Shown piece by piece: positions 35,009 through 45,000 of a stretch of DNA of 64,000 nt (its first letter is position 1; every line of letters begins with the position of its first letter). Position numbers and translations under genes: made by a program. The stretch comes from a virus (taxonomy: Duplodnaviria > Caudoviricetes): IMG/VR virus record IMGVR_UViG_3300025437_000009, one strand, 5' to 3'. The notes under the pieces were generated by a model. That model worked only from the letters and a program-made list of their open reading frames with translations. It did not search any database and was not told where the DNA came from.

Positions 35009-36382
35009 ATGGCAGTCCAATTTGCTTATGATGCACAAGTACGTAGATTTATAGTACAATTTATACGTATGCTTTCAAATTTCCAAGTAGAATTTGGACA
35101 AGATTCTAGCGGCAACAAAACACTACAAACTGTTCCTATCTACTACGGCGATCAAAGTCGACAAGCATCAATGATTCTACGTGGTAACAGTGAAAACACA
35201 CTCAATGCGGTGCCTGCCATGGCCACATATATCAGTGGATTAACATATGATCGTGATCGTGTATTGAATCCCAGCTTTGAAGGCAGTATTCGTGTTAGGG
35301 AACAAATTTATGATCAGTCCTCGCAGGCCTATACGGGCACACAGGATGGCCTATACACCGTAGAACGCTTAATGCCTGCTCCATACAAATTGACCATGAA
35401 GGTTGATATTTGGACTAGCAATACAGATCAAAAACATCAACTGTTTGAACAAATTGCTCCCTTGTTTAATCCTGCACTTGAAATTCAAAACTCAGACAAC
35501 TATGTTGATTGGGGAAGTTTAAGTGCTGTGTTCTTGACTGATGTTTCATATACAAATCGTAGTGTACCAATGGGCGGTGATGACACTACCATTGATATTA
35601 TGACCATGACATTTGAAATGCCTATTTGGATTAGCTTGCCAAGTAAAGTTAAGAAGATGGGTGTTGTGGCGCAAATTATTGCTAGCTTATATAGTCCAGA
35701 AGGCGGACTAAGTCCAGATGTAATAGAAACCTTAGATGGATTGGTAAGCCAACAAAAATTCAGCCCTATGAATTACGATGTAGTCTACATGGGAAATACC
35801 TTAACACTTTACACAGCCGCTAACGATACCGACGGAGTGGTAAATGGTGCTCCAGCTAAATGGGATGGTTTAGTTAACATTTATGGTCAATTGACCAACG
35901 GTATCAGTCAAGTACGCTTACAGTTTGACCACATCGATGGTCCGCATGAAGTAGTGGGTACTGTAGCTTACGATCCAACTGATAGTTCTAGTTTATTGTT
36001 TACTCCCATTGCCGCAACGTTACCCACAAATACATTAGCGCCAGTTACAGCTATTATCGATCCCCGTAATGTTACAGTTAATAGCAACATTTTAACCCCT
36101 GCAACAGGAACAAGATATTTGATCTTAAATCCAATTGGCGGTGTAGATTCTGAATCTGCTGTAGCATGGGCTGGTCCACCAGGTACCAATTTAATTGCTC
36201 GTGCAAACGATATTATTCAATGGAACGGTAGTTATTGGACTGTGTCTTTTGACAGCACCAATTCTACTGTACAATATGTAACAAATCTAAATACCACAGT
36301 ACAATATTATTGGGATGGTTCAGTTTGGAACAAGAGTGTTGAAGGCTTGTATAAACCCGGCCAATGGAGTTTAGTACTCTAA
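35009..36382 (+). CDS. gp15: tail terminator/completion protein (gp15-like) with C-terminal extension
   Basis: YDAQVRRFIVQF..MLSN, VPIYYG, PAPYKL...IWT...QLFEQIAPLFNP. Confidence 0.8.
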   Translation: MAVQFAYDAQVRRFIVQFIRMLSNFQVEFGQDSSGNKTLQTVPIYYGDQSRQASMILRGNSENTLNAVPAMATYISGLTYDRDRVLNPSFEGSIRVREQIYDQSSQAYTGTQDGLYTVERLMPAPYKLTMKVDIWTSNTDQKHQLFEQIAPLFNPALEIQNSDNYVDWGSLSAVFLTDVSYTNRSVPMGGDDTTIDIMTMTFEMPIWISLPSKVKKMGVVAQIIASLYSPEGGLSPDVIETLDGLVSQQKFSPMNYDVVYMGNTLTLYTAANDTDGVVNGAPAKWDGLVNIYGQLTNGISQVRLQFDHIDGPHEVVGTVAYDPTDSSSLLFTPIAATLPTNTLAPVTAIIDPRNVTVNSNILTPATGTRYLILNPIGGVDSESAVAWAGPPGTNLIARANDIIQWNGSYWTVSFDSTNSTVQYVTNLNTTVQYYWDGSVWNKSVEGLYKPGQWSLVL

Positions 36383-36813
36383 TGTTAGCAACTAATACCG
36401 AAGGGGTTGGCGCACTAGTCTACGCCAAACACACTAACCGTTATCTTTTCTTGTTAAGAAATAAACATCGTCAGCAGGGTTTCTGGGGTATACCTGGGGG
36501 CAAACTTGAAGCGGGTGAAACTGTAATACAAGGACTGGTTAGAGAAATACAAGAAGAAATTGGGGTCGACTACTCCAAGAAAAAGTTTATCCCTTTAGAA
36601 ACATTTACAGCAGATAACGAAAAATTTGTTTACTATACATTTTTAGTTACAGTGGATCACGAGTTTGTTCCTACACTAAACGACGAACACCGTGGTTATT
36701 GTTGGGTAGAGATGAAAGACCATCCAAAGCCCTTGCATCCAGGACTGTGGCGTAGTTTTAACTTTGATATTATTAAAAAGAAAATTAAGACTTTAGAATC
36801 TATTCTAAATTAA
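36364..36813 (+). CDS. NUDIX hydrolase
   Basis: Nudix box GGKLEAGETVIQGLVREIQEEIG. Confidence 0.92.
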   Translation: MEFSTLMLATNTEGVGALVYAKHTNRYLFLLRNKHRQQGFWGIPGGKLEAGETVIQGLVREIQEEIGVDYSKKKFIPLETFTADNEKFVYYTFLVTVDHEFVPTLNDEHRGYCWVEMKDHPKPLHPGLWRSFNFDIIKKKIKTLESILN

Positions 36814-37223
36814 CTGCTGGCCAATAGTATTTCAATTAGTTGACTACCAGAGTCTACTGTAGAACTTTCAATTGCACGTCCAATAATTGATCCTGTTGAC
36901 ATAGACCAACCTGGAATATTGTTAGCTAGATTAGTAGCACTTACTCCTCTACCAGATGCCCCGATCATAATTAAATCACCCTGCGCAACTGGCACATCCA
37001 CTTCAATTTGAATGCGACCAGCAACAGCCACTAATACAACATTTGAGCCTGTTAGATCAGCGTTTAGTACCTGTTCTGCTGTGTCTGTTACTACTCCAGC
37101 GATAGCTGTAGTCTGTGCTTGACCAGATGCTGTGGTCACTTCATTGTTACCGCCAAATATTACTGGAGTTCCTGGACCGTATGATGCATCTGCTTGAAAT
37201 TTTACTGCTAGTGTAGCTGACAT
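36810..37223 (-). CDS. stand-alone copy of the fibre C-terminal (peptidase-G2/chaperone-like) domain
   Basis: Aligns by eye with the C-termini of 37975-39516 and 40923-41924 (PGT.V.FGG..E.T, AGV, GR, G..IG.A). Confidence 0.65.
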   Translation of the reverse strand: MSATLAVKFQADASYGPGTPVIFGGNNEVTTASGQAQTTAIAGVVTDTAEQVLNADLTGSNVVLVAVAGRIQIEVDVPVAQGDLIMIGASGRGVSATNLANNIPGWSMSTGSIIGRAIESSTVDSGSQLIEILLASS

Positions 37224-37227
37224 TATA

Positions 37228-37974
37228 TTATCCTATATCTGCTTCAAGGACAAAATCACGATATGTAATTTGTCTAAAGTTAATTAATGGTGTTAATTGA
37301 TCGTGTATCCAATGTGTTGAGTCTGGCATTACTCGAACAAACTCAACGTTACTATAAGTCGTAACCACATCAGACAATGATAATATAAAAGCTACACCGT
37401 TGTCAGTGTCAGTGCTTGCAGGGTAGCCATTTGTGTCTGAGTAGACGTTATTTACAGGTTCAACATCTTGGTAATGGTCGTAACCTAGCAAGAATACTTT
37501 TTTATGTCCGTCAAAACAAGCTAGGTATGCTGCTAGTGCGCCGGCATCAAATTGAATATTTTGTGGTACCAGATAAAACTTTCCAGGATATTTTAACATT
37601 TGATCAGCAGTGGTATAAACAATATTAGCATCTGCATAACCAGAATTAGCAATTTCCTGTGTGATAGCATCACCGGTGGCAACTAAGAAGTCTGGAGTAA
37701 AGTCTCTATAGAGTGCATTACAACCATAACTTTGCAATTTGTCGGCACCAAGTACTCCGCCACGATGGCGAGCAATATGACCTAGATCAAACCCTAAGCG
37801 GCTTGTCCCGTTGCCAATTGCAACTGCTTGGTTAGTGGTGTGAGTGTTGATAACAGAGTTTGGTACAAATTCTGTTTCAGGATTCCATTCGCCGTCAGCT
37901 AGTGTAAGCTGAGTAACAATGTTTTCACCAGCGTAGTTTGATCGGTAAATCTGCTTTAGTTTTTGCTGTGCCAT
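37228..37974 (-). CDS. CstII/Maf(DUF115)-like glycosyltransferase-fold protein
   Basis: AIGNGTSR, GCNALY, AGALAAYLA..DGHKKVFLLGYD parallel CstII-type motifs. Confidence 0.5.
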   Translation of the reverse strand: MAQQKLKQIYRSNYAGENIVTQLTLADGEWNPETEFVPNSVINTHTTNQAVAIGNGTSRLGFDLGHIARHRGGVLGADKLQSYGCNALYRDFTPDFLVATGDAITQEIANSGYADANIVYTTADQMLKYPGKFYLVPQNIQFDAGALAAYLACFDGHKKVFLLGYDHYQDVEPVNNVYSDTNGYPASTDTDNGVAFILSLSDVVTTYSNVEFVRVMPDSTHWIHDQLTPLINFRQITYRDFVLEADIG

Positions 37975-39516
37975 TTAAAATCTTCCCACGACCACTTCTA
38001 TGGTCTTTATAGTATTAGTATTTATCGATTCTAGTGCTTTACCCACCACACAACCAGGTATAAATTGATCGTTGCTGATAGCTTGAGCTACTCCAACAGT
38101 TGTACTAGTAACTAAAACTTGGCCCTTTGTAACTGGGCCCTGTACTTGGCACGGAACACGTCCTGTCATTGCTACTGGTAAACCCGGGGTTGATCCGTTC
38201 ATTAGATAAGCAGGATTAGTGGATATAACACCAGCAACTCGTGGATCATGGCTTTGTGTAGTTACTGTAATTTCTTGTTCTCCACCAAATACTACTACAG
38301 TACCTGGTGAGTATTCCGCATCTGCGGTGTAATTTTCTGCTAAGTCAGCGTACTGTGCGTGAATAGCTGTGCCGTATACTGTTGACCACCAAGCAGTAGT
38401 TGATCCCAAATTATAAGTAACGTTAGCTGACGGTATAATATTTTGACCGGTTAGTGTAGTGGATATTGTTGCTCCGCCGTTAGCAGTATTAGCCAATGTC
38501 ATGACTTGTGTACCACCTGCAGAAAACTGCATTTGATCGCCTGTTACTGCATATAAAATACGACCGCGGTAATCAGCATTTGGTAAACCAAAATCCACAA
38601 TACCGCCGGTTGATGGTGTTGCAGTAAGTCTAATTTGTGCATAGTTGCTGTTTGTCCCAGCAAATACACCAGTGGTAGTCGGATAACCGCCAATGTAGTT
38701 TGTTACGCCAAGACCATAAATTGGAGACGTTCCTATACCAACGTTTCCTGTTGATAAACTAGTTAATGTTCCCAAACTTGTGATATTAGGTTGTGAAGCT
38801 GTACTTAGTGTGCCACTCAATGTAGTTGCTGATACAGTACTAGCCGAAATACCACTACTAACATATAAATTACCACCTATGCCAGTACCACCTTGTACCA
38901 CTAATGCACCAGTAGTAGATGATGTTGATGTAGTAGTTGCACCAACAACTACGTTGCCGCCTAGAGGATTAAGAATAATTGGATAGTATGTTGCATTTCC
39001 TGAATATCCACTTTGTATCCATTGTCCGTATTGATTAGCAGCACCATTACCCGGATATTGGCCTAATGTTAAGTAGTTGGATCCAGATCCGCTTAAAACT
39101 GTGTGAGCACCAACCAGTATTGACCCCGCTGTTGGGGCAAACTGTGATCCACTTAGTATCTGATGTTGAATTGTACTGCTGGTAGTACCTGCGTTTAAGT
39201 TGCCTGTGATTCCAACTCCGCCCAAGACTTGGAATGTACCCGAAGTTGTTGAGGTTGAACTAATGCCACTGTTTGCTACTACTGTGTTATTGGCACTATA
39301 GTACAACAAGTTAGCGGCAGCAAATGTTCCACTACTGTTATACTGAATTTGAGTTGTTACACCCGATGCACTTCCACCGCCACCGCCTGTGCTGATAACA
39401 TAGCCGTTGCCTGCCCAAAATAGTCCTGTGGTAGTGTAAATACCGCCGCCAAGAGTCACATTGGAGTTGACTATTAGATTACCAAATACTTGTGTGCCGG
39501 ACTGTAGTTTTGCCAT
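37975..39516 (-). CDS. tail fibre/adhesin with C-terminal chaperone-like domain
   Basis: T/S/G-rich; TTGALVVQGG repeats; C-terminal QYADLAENY...GRVPC.V.GPV.KG...GKAL. Confidence 0.75.
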   Translation of the reverse strand: MAKLQSGTQVFGNLIVNSNVTLGGGIYTTTGLFWAGNGYVISTGGGGGSASGVTTQIQYNSSGTFAAANLLYYSANNTVVANSGISSTSTTSGTFQVLGGVGITGNLNAGTTSSTIQHQILSGSQFAPTAGSILVGAHTVLSGSGSNYLTLGQYPGNGAANQYGQWIQSGYSGNATYYPIILNPLGGNVVVGATTTSTSSTTGALVVQGGTGIGGNLYVSSGISASTVSATTLSGTLSTASQPNITSLGTLTSLSTGNVGIGTSPIYGLGVTNYIGGYPTTTGVFAGTNSNYAQIRLTATPSTGGIVDFGLPNADYRGRILYAVTGDQMQFSAGGTQVMTLANTANGGATISTTLTGQNIIPSANVTYNLGSTTAWWSTVYGTAIHAQYADLAENYTADAEYSPGTVVVFGGEQEITVTTQSHDPRVAGVISTNPAYLMNGSTPGLPVAMTGRVPCQVQGPVTKGQVLVTSTTVGVAQAISNDQFIPGCVVGKALESINTNTIKTIEVVVGRF

Positions 39517-39523
39517 AGTTTAG

Positions 39524-39529
39524 TATTTA
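39524..39529 (-). promoter_or_regulatory. late promoter core TAAATA
   Basis: TAAATA-7 nt-ATG(39516). Confidence 0.55.
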
Positions 39530-39532
39530 TCG

Positions 39533-40465
39533 TTATAGACCGTTGGTTGGTAGGCCGTATCTAGTGGCAAAATAATTGTAGTTGTTTAATTGTTCTGCGG
39601 CGGTTAATTGTCTATTGTATAAGGCAACTGCGGCAATGTTACCACGAAAATCGCGAAGATCTCCGCTGTAACCTTCTGTGCCCAAATAGTAAGCAAAGTT
39701 GCCGGCAAATGCTCCATTTGTTGTATTGGTTCTTGCACCACCTAAAACGTTCCACCCAGATGCCAAGTTAGCATTAGTAGTGGTTGCTACACCGTTGATA
39801 TAGTAAGTAGTTGTGCTGTTGGCCCAGCCATCATTGTTGTCTGGGTTTATTGTTTGCCAAGGTCCAGTTCCATTGGCATTTTGAAGACGCAGGCTCTTGT
39901 CACTACTGGTAGCATCTGTACTAGAACCGATTAATCCCACTAACCCGCTTGATGTAGATAGAGTAAAGTCAGGTTGAAATACTATGGTACAATCAAGATA
40001 ATTTTGTGTCACTGTTGTACTAATAAAGTTACCAGAGCCTGCGGTAGGGAAACGCCAGTAACTGGATTCACTGTAGGGACCGGCACTGGTCCAAGTTACA
40101 GTACCATTCATTGTGGCATTATTGTTAGCTGTTAAATCAAATACAGGAACACTATTGCCTGTGGTTACGCCGTTACCATTAAAACTGCTTAATTTACCAG
40201 CGTCTATGTAAGCTATTAATCCATTGGTTACTAGCATGCCAGTAACTTCATCGAACTGTCCGGCAACCTGTAAGTTACCTGATCGAAAATGTCGCATTGC
40301 TGAACCACCACCTTGATTAGTAACTTCATCTAATAAGGCAGCATAGACCACATTACCACGTGTGCTGATAGTTGACTGCGTAACTTCGTCGAAGTAACCG
40401 TTGTAACCATTGGTTATTAGATTACCAGTTTTAGTTAACCTGGTTGTAAGAATCTTAGCCATCAA
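39533..40465 (-). CDS. concanavalin A/LamG-like lectin domain virion protein
   Basis: GLIAYIDAG, F.GNIAAVALYNRQLTAAE..NNY; three N-terminal (F/L)DEVT repeats. Confidence 0.7.
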   Translation of the reverse strand: MMAKILTTRLTKTGNLITNGYNGYFDEVTQSTISTRGNVVYAALLDEVTNQGGGSAMRHFRSGNLQVAGQFDEVTGMLVTNGLIAYIDAGKLSSFNGNGVTTGNSVPVFDLTANNNATMNGTVTWTSAGPYSESSYWRFPTAGSGNFISTTVTQNYLDCTIVFQPDFTLSTSSGLVGLIGSSTDATSSDKSLRLQNANGTGPWQTINPDNNDGWANSTTTYYINGVATTTNANLASGWNVLGGARTNTTNGAFAGNFAYYLGTEGYSGDLRDFRGNIAAVALYNRQLTAAEQLNNYNYFATRYGLPTNGL

Positions 40466-40837
40466 TTACCCAAAGATAGTATCGAGGCTGTTGGTTGTAC
40501 TATTGAACATTTGATAAACGGCGCTGGTGGTATTTCCAGACCACGTAAAGTCCACACGATTATTGACAAACACATTGCCCATTGTTAAATTGCCGTAACT
40601 TGTTACAGCAACGTTGGTGTTGGTAACTCCAGTACTACTTGTAAGAGCCACCACAACACTCTGTTGAGATTCTGACCAGTAAAGTGCTACGTTTGATACC
40701 AGACCGTTGGCGCGGTTAAATATGAATCCTACGTCTACGTTAGCCTGTGTTGAAGCTTGATGCAATACTGTCAAGGGATCTAAAAAATACTCTATATTAG
40801 TATCTAAATCCCAAATTTTTGGTCTAGTTAATCCCAT
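40466..40837 (-). CDS. small fibre-module protein
   Basis: DPL...DVGFIFNR...ALYWSE module shared with the N-terminus of 42007-45507. Confidence 0.7.
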   Translation of the reverse strand: MGLTRPKIWDLDTNIEYFLDPLTVLHQASTQANVDVGFIFNRANGLVSNVALYWSESQQSVVVALTSSTGVTNTNVAVTSYGNLTMGNVFVNNRVDFTWSGNTTSAVYQMFNSTTNSLDTIFG

Positions 40838-40873
40838 TTGTTTACGTCCTGTTTTATTATGTATTTATCGCCA

Positions 40874-40904
40874 AACAAAAAGCGCACTCGAGTGCGCTTT
40901 TGTT
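40874..40904. terminator. bidirectional intrinsic terminator
   Basis: AAAAGCGCAC-TCGA-GTGCGCTTTT. Confidence 0.85.
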
Positions 40905-40922
40905 ACATATTTTAGTAAATGT

Positions 40923-41924
40923 TTAGAAACGACCAACAACTACTTCAATAACCGCCTTGCCGGGGAACGTAACTTCTTGCAGAGCTTTACCGATAACCTG
41001 TCCTACAGCTGGTGAATTATTAGTTTTGGCGTAGCCAAAGCCTGCCGATACCATTAAGTCGCCCTTCTTAACTGGCCCAATTACCATACAAGGAACACGT
41101 CCTGTAAGTGCTAACGGAATAATGTTAGCTCCTGTTAGTGCGCCATTCATTAAGTGTGCTGGATTGGTAGATACTACTCCCGCTACTGCTGTTGTATCAG
41201 CATCTGCTACAGTAACTTCTTGTGCGCCACCAAACATCAATACTGTACCTGGTGCGTATGTTTTATCAGCTTGGTAATTTTCTGCTAAGTCAGCGTATAA
41301 TGCGTGTGTTGCTGTACCGTAGATATTATTCCACCAAGCTGTAGTCGAACCTAAGTTTACACTTGCGTTGGCGTTTGGAACGATTGCAGCACTTACTGTT
41401 AATCCGCTTAATGTACCAACGCTTGTGATATTTGTTTGCGCGGCTGTTTGTAGTGTGCCAGTCAATGTTGTGCTGCTACTTGCACCAATACTTGTTACAC
41501 CACCCAGTGTTGTAATGTTTGGTTGACTTGCTGTGCTTAATGTACCGGTTAATGTTGCGCCGGTATTACCAATTGTAACAGCCTGAACTGTTGTGGCGTT
41601 GATTGTGGTTGCAGTTTCTGTGTTGACCGTTGTGGTCGTACCACTAACTGTTAAGCTACCCGCAATAACTACACCGGTACTGCTTATTGTAAGCTGAGGT
41701 ATGCCTGATATGTTTGCAAAAACGTTAGTTGATGTAACTGTTACGTTACTGCTACCGCTGTAAATTTGACTTGGGTTTAGACCGCCAAATCCGTTCGCTG
41801 ATGCAATAGTACCTGTACCCGTTGTACTAATATTACCTGATGTAACGATATCCCCGTTACCTGCGAAAACTACGTATGGGCCTACTGTAAGACCATTGTG
41901 TACTGTAAAATTTGTGTTTGCCAT
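40923..41924 (-). CDS. tail fibre/adhesin with C-terminal chaperone-like domain
   Basis: TLQTAAQTNITSVGTL repeats; LYADLAENY...GRVPC...GKAL...VVVGRF, same C-terminus as 37975-39516. Confidence 0.75.
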   Translation of the reverse strand: MANTNFTVHNGLTVGPYVVFAGNGDIVTSGNISTTGTGTIASANGFGGLNPSQIYSGSSNVTVTSTNVFANISGIPQLTISSTGVVIAGSLTVSGTTTTVNTETATTINATTVQAVTIGNTGATLTGTLSTASQPNITTLGGVTSIGASSSTTLTGTLQTAAQTNITSVGTLSGLTVSAAIVPNANASVNLGSTTAWWNNIYGTATHALYADLAENYQADKTYAPGTVLMFGGAQEVTVADADTTAVAGVVSTNPAHLMNGALTGANIIPLALTGRVPCMVIGPVKKGDLMVSAGFGYAKTNNSPAVGQVIGKALQEVTFPGKAVIEVVVGRF

Positions 41925-41969
41925 CTTTTTCTCTTTTCCCCGGTTCCATATTCCCCGATAAGGATTTAA

Positions 41970-41998
41970 TTATAGGAGTGGACCGCCCACTCCTATAA
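41970..41998. promoter_or_regulatory. 12-bp hairpin after the 1166-aa fibre gene, no U-tract
   Basis: TTATAGGAGTGG-5 nt-CCACTCCTATAA. Confidence 0.7.
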
Positions 41999-42006
41999 GA
42001 CTACTA

Positions 42007-45000
42007 TTACAACGGTAAGTATTGTCTCCAAAGTCTTACTGTATTACCAGCATTTGCAGCAGTAAACTGTACGCTAACTGTGCTACCACTGACGTTTGTA
42101 CTCATAATACCCAAGTTACCGTTAGTGGTTAACACACCATAGGTAGTAAGTGTACTAGATGTTCCGTTTTGTACAACTAGCACTTCTTCACTTTGGAAGT
42201 TTGTACCGTTTGTGACCTGTAAAATATACTTGGCTGTACGATATGCACTAGTACTAAAACTATCAATTGTGGTTGGAGTGTTAGCACTCGCAATACTTAC
42301 GTTAGCATCGTTACTTACCATGCCACCACCAATTGGAATGGTGAATACTGTGCCTGCACTACTTGTGGATACGAATGTAATACCAGCTGAGTCATCAACG
42401 TTAACTTGAGCTTTACCAGTAGCACTACTTAGACCAGTAACTGTTGATGTTGTAGTTAAAATACGAACGTCAATAACGTCACCTGTTGCTGGAGCTTCAG
42501 TAAATGTTAAAGTTGTACCGCTTACAGAATAAGCTGTTGTTGGGATCTGTACCACACCGTTGATACTAACAATAACACCAGCAGTGGTTGCTGACTGAGT
42601 TAGTGTAAACGCTGTAGTCGCGCCGTCACCGTTAAACTGATTGGAAACAATAACAGTGAACGATGTTGATGCACTTGCCCAACTTGTACCGTTGTACCAC
42701 TCAATAGCACCAATTGTGCTGTTGTAACGGAACATACCTGTGGTATCTGAGAAGCCAATTGATCCTGGACGCTGTGCGTTAGTACCAACTGGTAACAAGA
42801 TAGTATCTGTTGAGTTGATTAATAACTTAGCACCGTTAACTGCTGTACTTGCTGTAGCAGAGTTACCAATAATTACAGAATCGTATGTTGAGTTTGGACG
42901 TGCCCAAATCAATGTGTTGTTGGTAGCACCTTTGACAATAAAGTCCATACCAGCACCGTTTGAGGTGTTGAATACTGCTGATTGTCCTGCGTTAATATTA
43001 CCGCTAATGCCCGCTCCGCCAACAACAACCAATGCACCAGTTGTTGTGTTTGTGCTTGCTGTGCCAGACGCAGCAACAATGTTACCATTGTGTACGGCTG
43101 TTCCAGTTGTTGTAATATTGCTTGTAGTAATGTAACCACCGCTAATTACAGCATTACCAGTTGAGAAGTTAGTTGCTTGTAGTGTTGTTACACTTCCTGT
43201 TGTTCCATTTAAACCAGAAGCATATAACTGTCCAGCTACACCTGCGCCGCCAGCTACTGTTAGAGCGCCAGTTGTTGTACTAGATGCTGCAGTTGTTGAT
43301 TTAATAGCAACTACGTTAGAACGTGTGATACGCATTACTTCGTTGTTGGTGTTAATGCCATCAACAGTAAACACAATATCATTGTTATACCCAGTACCAA
43401 GTAATAGGTTACCGCCACCGGTTGTAGAATTACCATACACAAACAAATAAGCATCGTTTGGATTAATTAAACTGTATCCAGGATAGTTGTATGTACCGCT
43501 AGCAATACCCATATCTAAGTATGTGTCAACATAGGTACCGTTACCAGGACTTAAGAAAATATCTGCAGATGCTAAAGGACCGTTGTTAATATTCTGTCCG
43601 TTAATAACACCGACATATTGGTTAGCATTACCAAAGGAATTAATAATTGCCATTGGTTCTGGTACATATCCGCTAGCAATACCAGCAGTAACAGCGCCTA
43701 CACCAGCAGCATTACCAGTAAAGTCGGCGTATTGTGTAGTAATAGCGGTGACAGTAGCATTAATATTACCACCAACAAATAAGTTACCAGCAATATAAGC
43801 ACCACCAGCTACTTGTAGTGCGCCAGTGCTAGCACCAGTATTGGTTGTGGTATTAGTAATAGAAGTAATACCACCAATGTATGTTGCACCACTAATGCCA
43901 GTACCACCAACAACTACTAAAGCACCAGTTGTTGTGCTGGTACTTGCTGTACCACTAGCAGCAACCAAGTTGCCGTTTGCAGTAGCAGTACTAGAAGTTG
44001 TTAAGGTTGTAAATGCACCAGTGCTTGCTGTGGTACTACCAATTGGAGTATTTTGAATACTGCCAGCGTAGATTGCGCCAGATACACCAGCACCACCTGC
44101 TACTACTAAAGCACCGGTTGTTGTGTTTGTACTTGCTGTACCGGAGTTAGCAACTAAGTTACCAGCAACAATTTCAATACCGTTAACAATTTCTGTATTA
44201 GTATTGATGTATGTTAATGTTCCTGTAACGCTTAGGTTGCCTGCAATGTTTACGTTACCTGTTACACCTACGCCACCTGTAACAACTAAAGCACCAGTTG
44301 TTGCACTTGTACTTGCTGTACCGCTAGCAGCAACAACGTTACCATTATGTGTTGTTACACCGCTAGTTGATAATGTTGTAAATGCGCCAGTTGCGGCTGT
44401 ATTTGCACCAATTGCAAAGTTATCAGCATAACCTCCAGTAATGCGAGCATTACCTGAACTAAAGTTAGTTGCTTGTAGTGTTGTTATACCAGCGGCAGTA
44501 ATTAAAGCATTACCAGTTGAGAAGTTAGTAAACTGGCCAGTTGTACCAGAAATACTCGTATCACCAGAAATATAACCACCAGTAATATAAGCATTACCGG
44601 AGCTAAAGTTTGTTACTACACCGTTTGTGCCGGTAATGTTTGTGGCTTGTAGGTTAGTTAAACCAGTTGCACTACCGCTAGTAACTAATATGTTACCAGA
44701 ACTAAAGTTTGTTACTACGCCAGTTGTAGCACCCAATGTTGTTAGGCCGTTAACGGCACCGCCGGTAACTAATATGTTACCAGAACTCAAGTTTGTTACT
44801 ACACCAGTTGTACCACTGATGTTTGTAGCCTGTAAGTTAGCCAAGCCTGTAATGTAGCCACCGCTAACAACCACGTTAGGTGAGCTAAAATTAGCAGCAT
44901 AAGATATTGTTGACGCCAATGAAATACCAGAAATGCTACCACCAGTAATTTGAGCATTTGATGTGCTGAAACCAGTTACGGCTGTAAGATATGTAAATGA

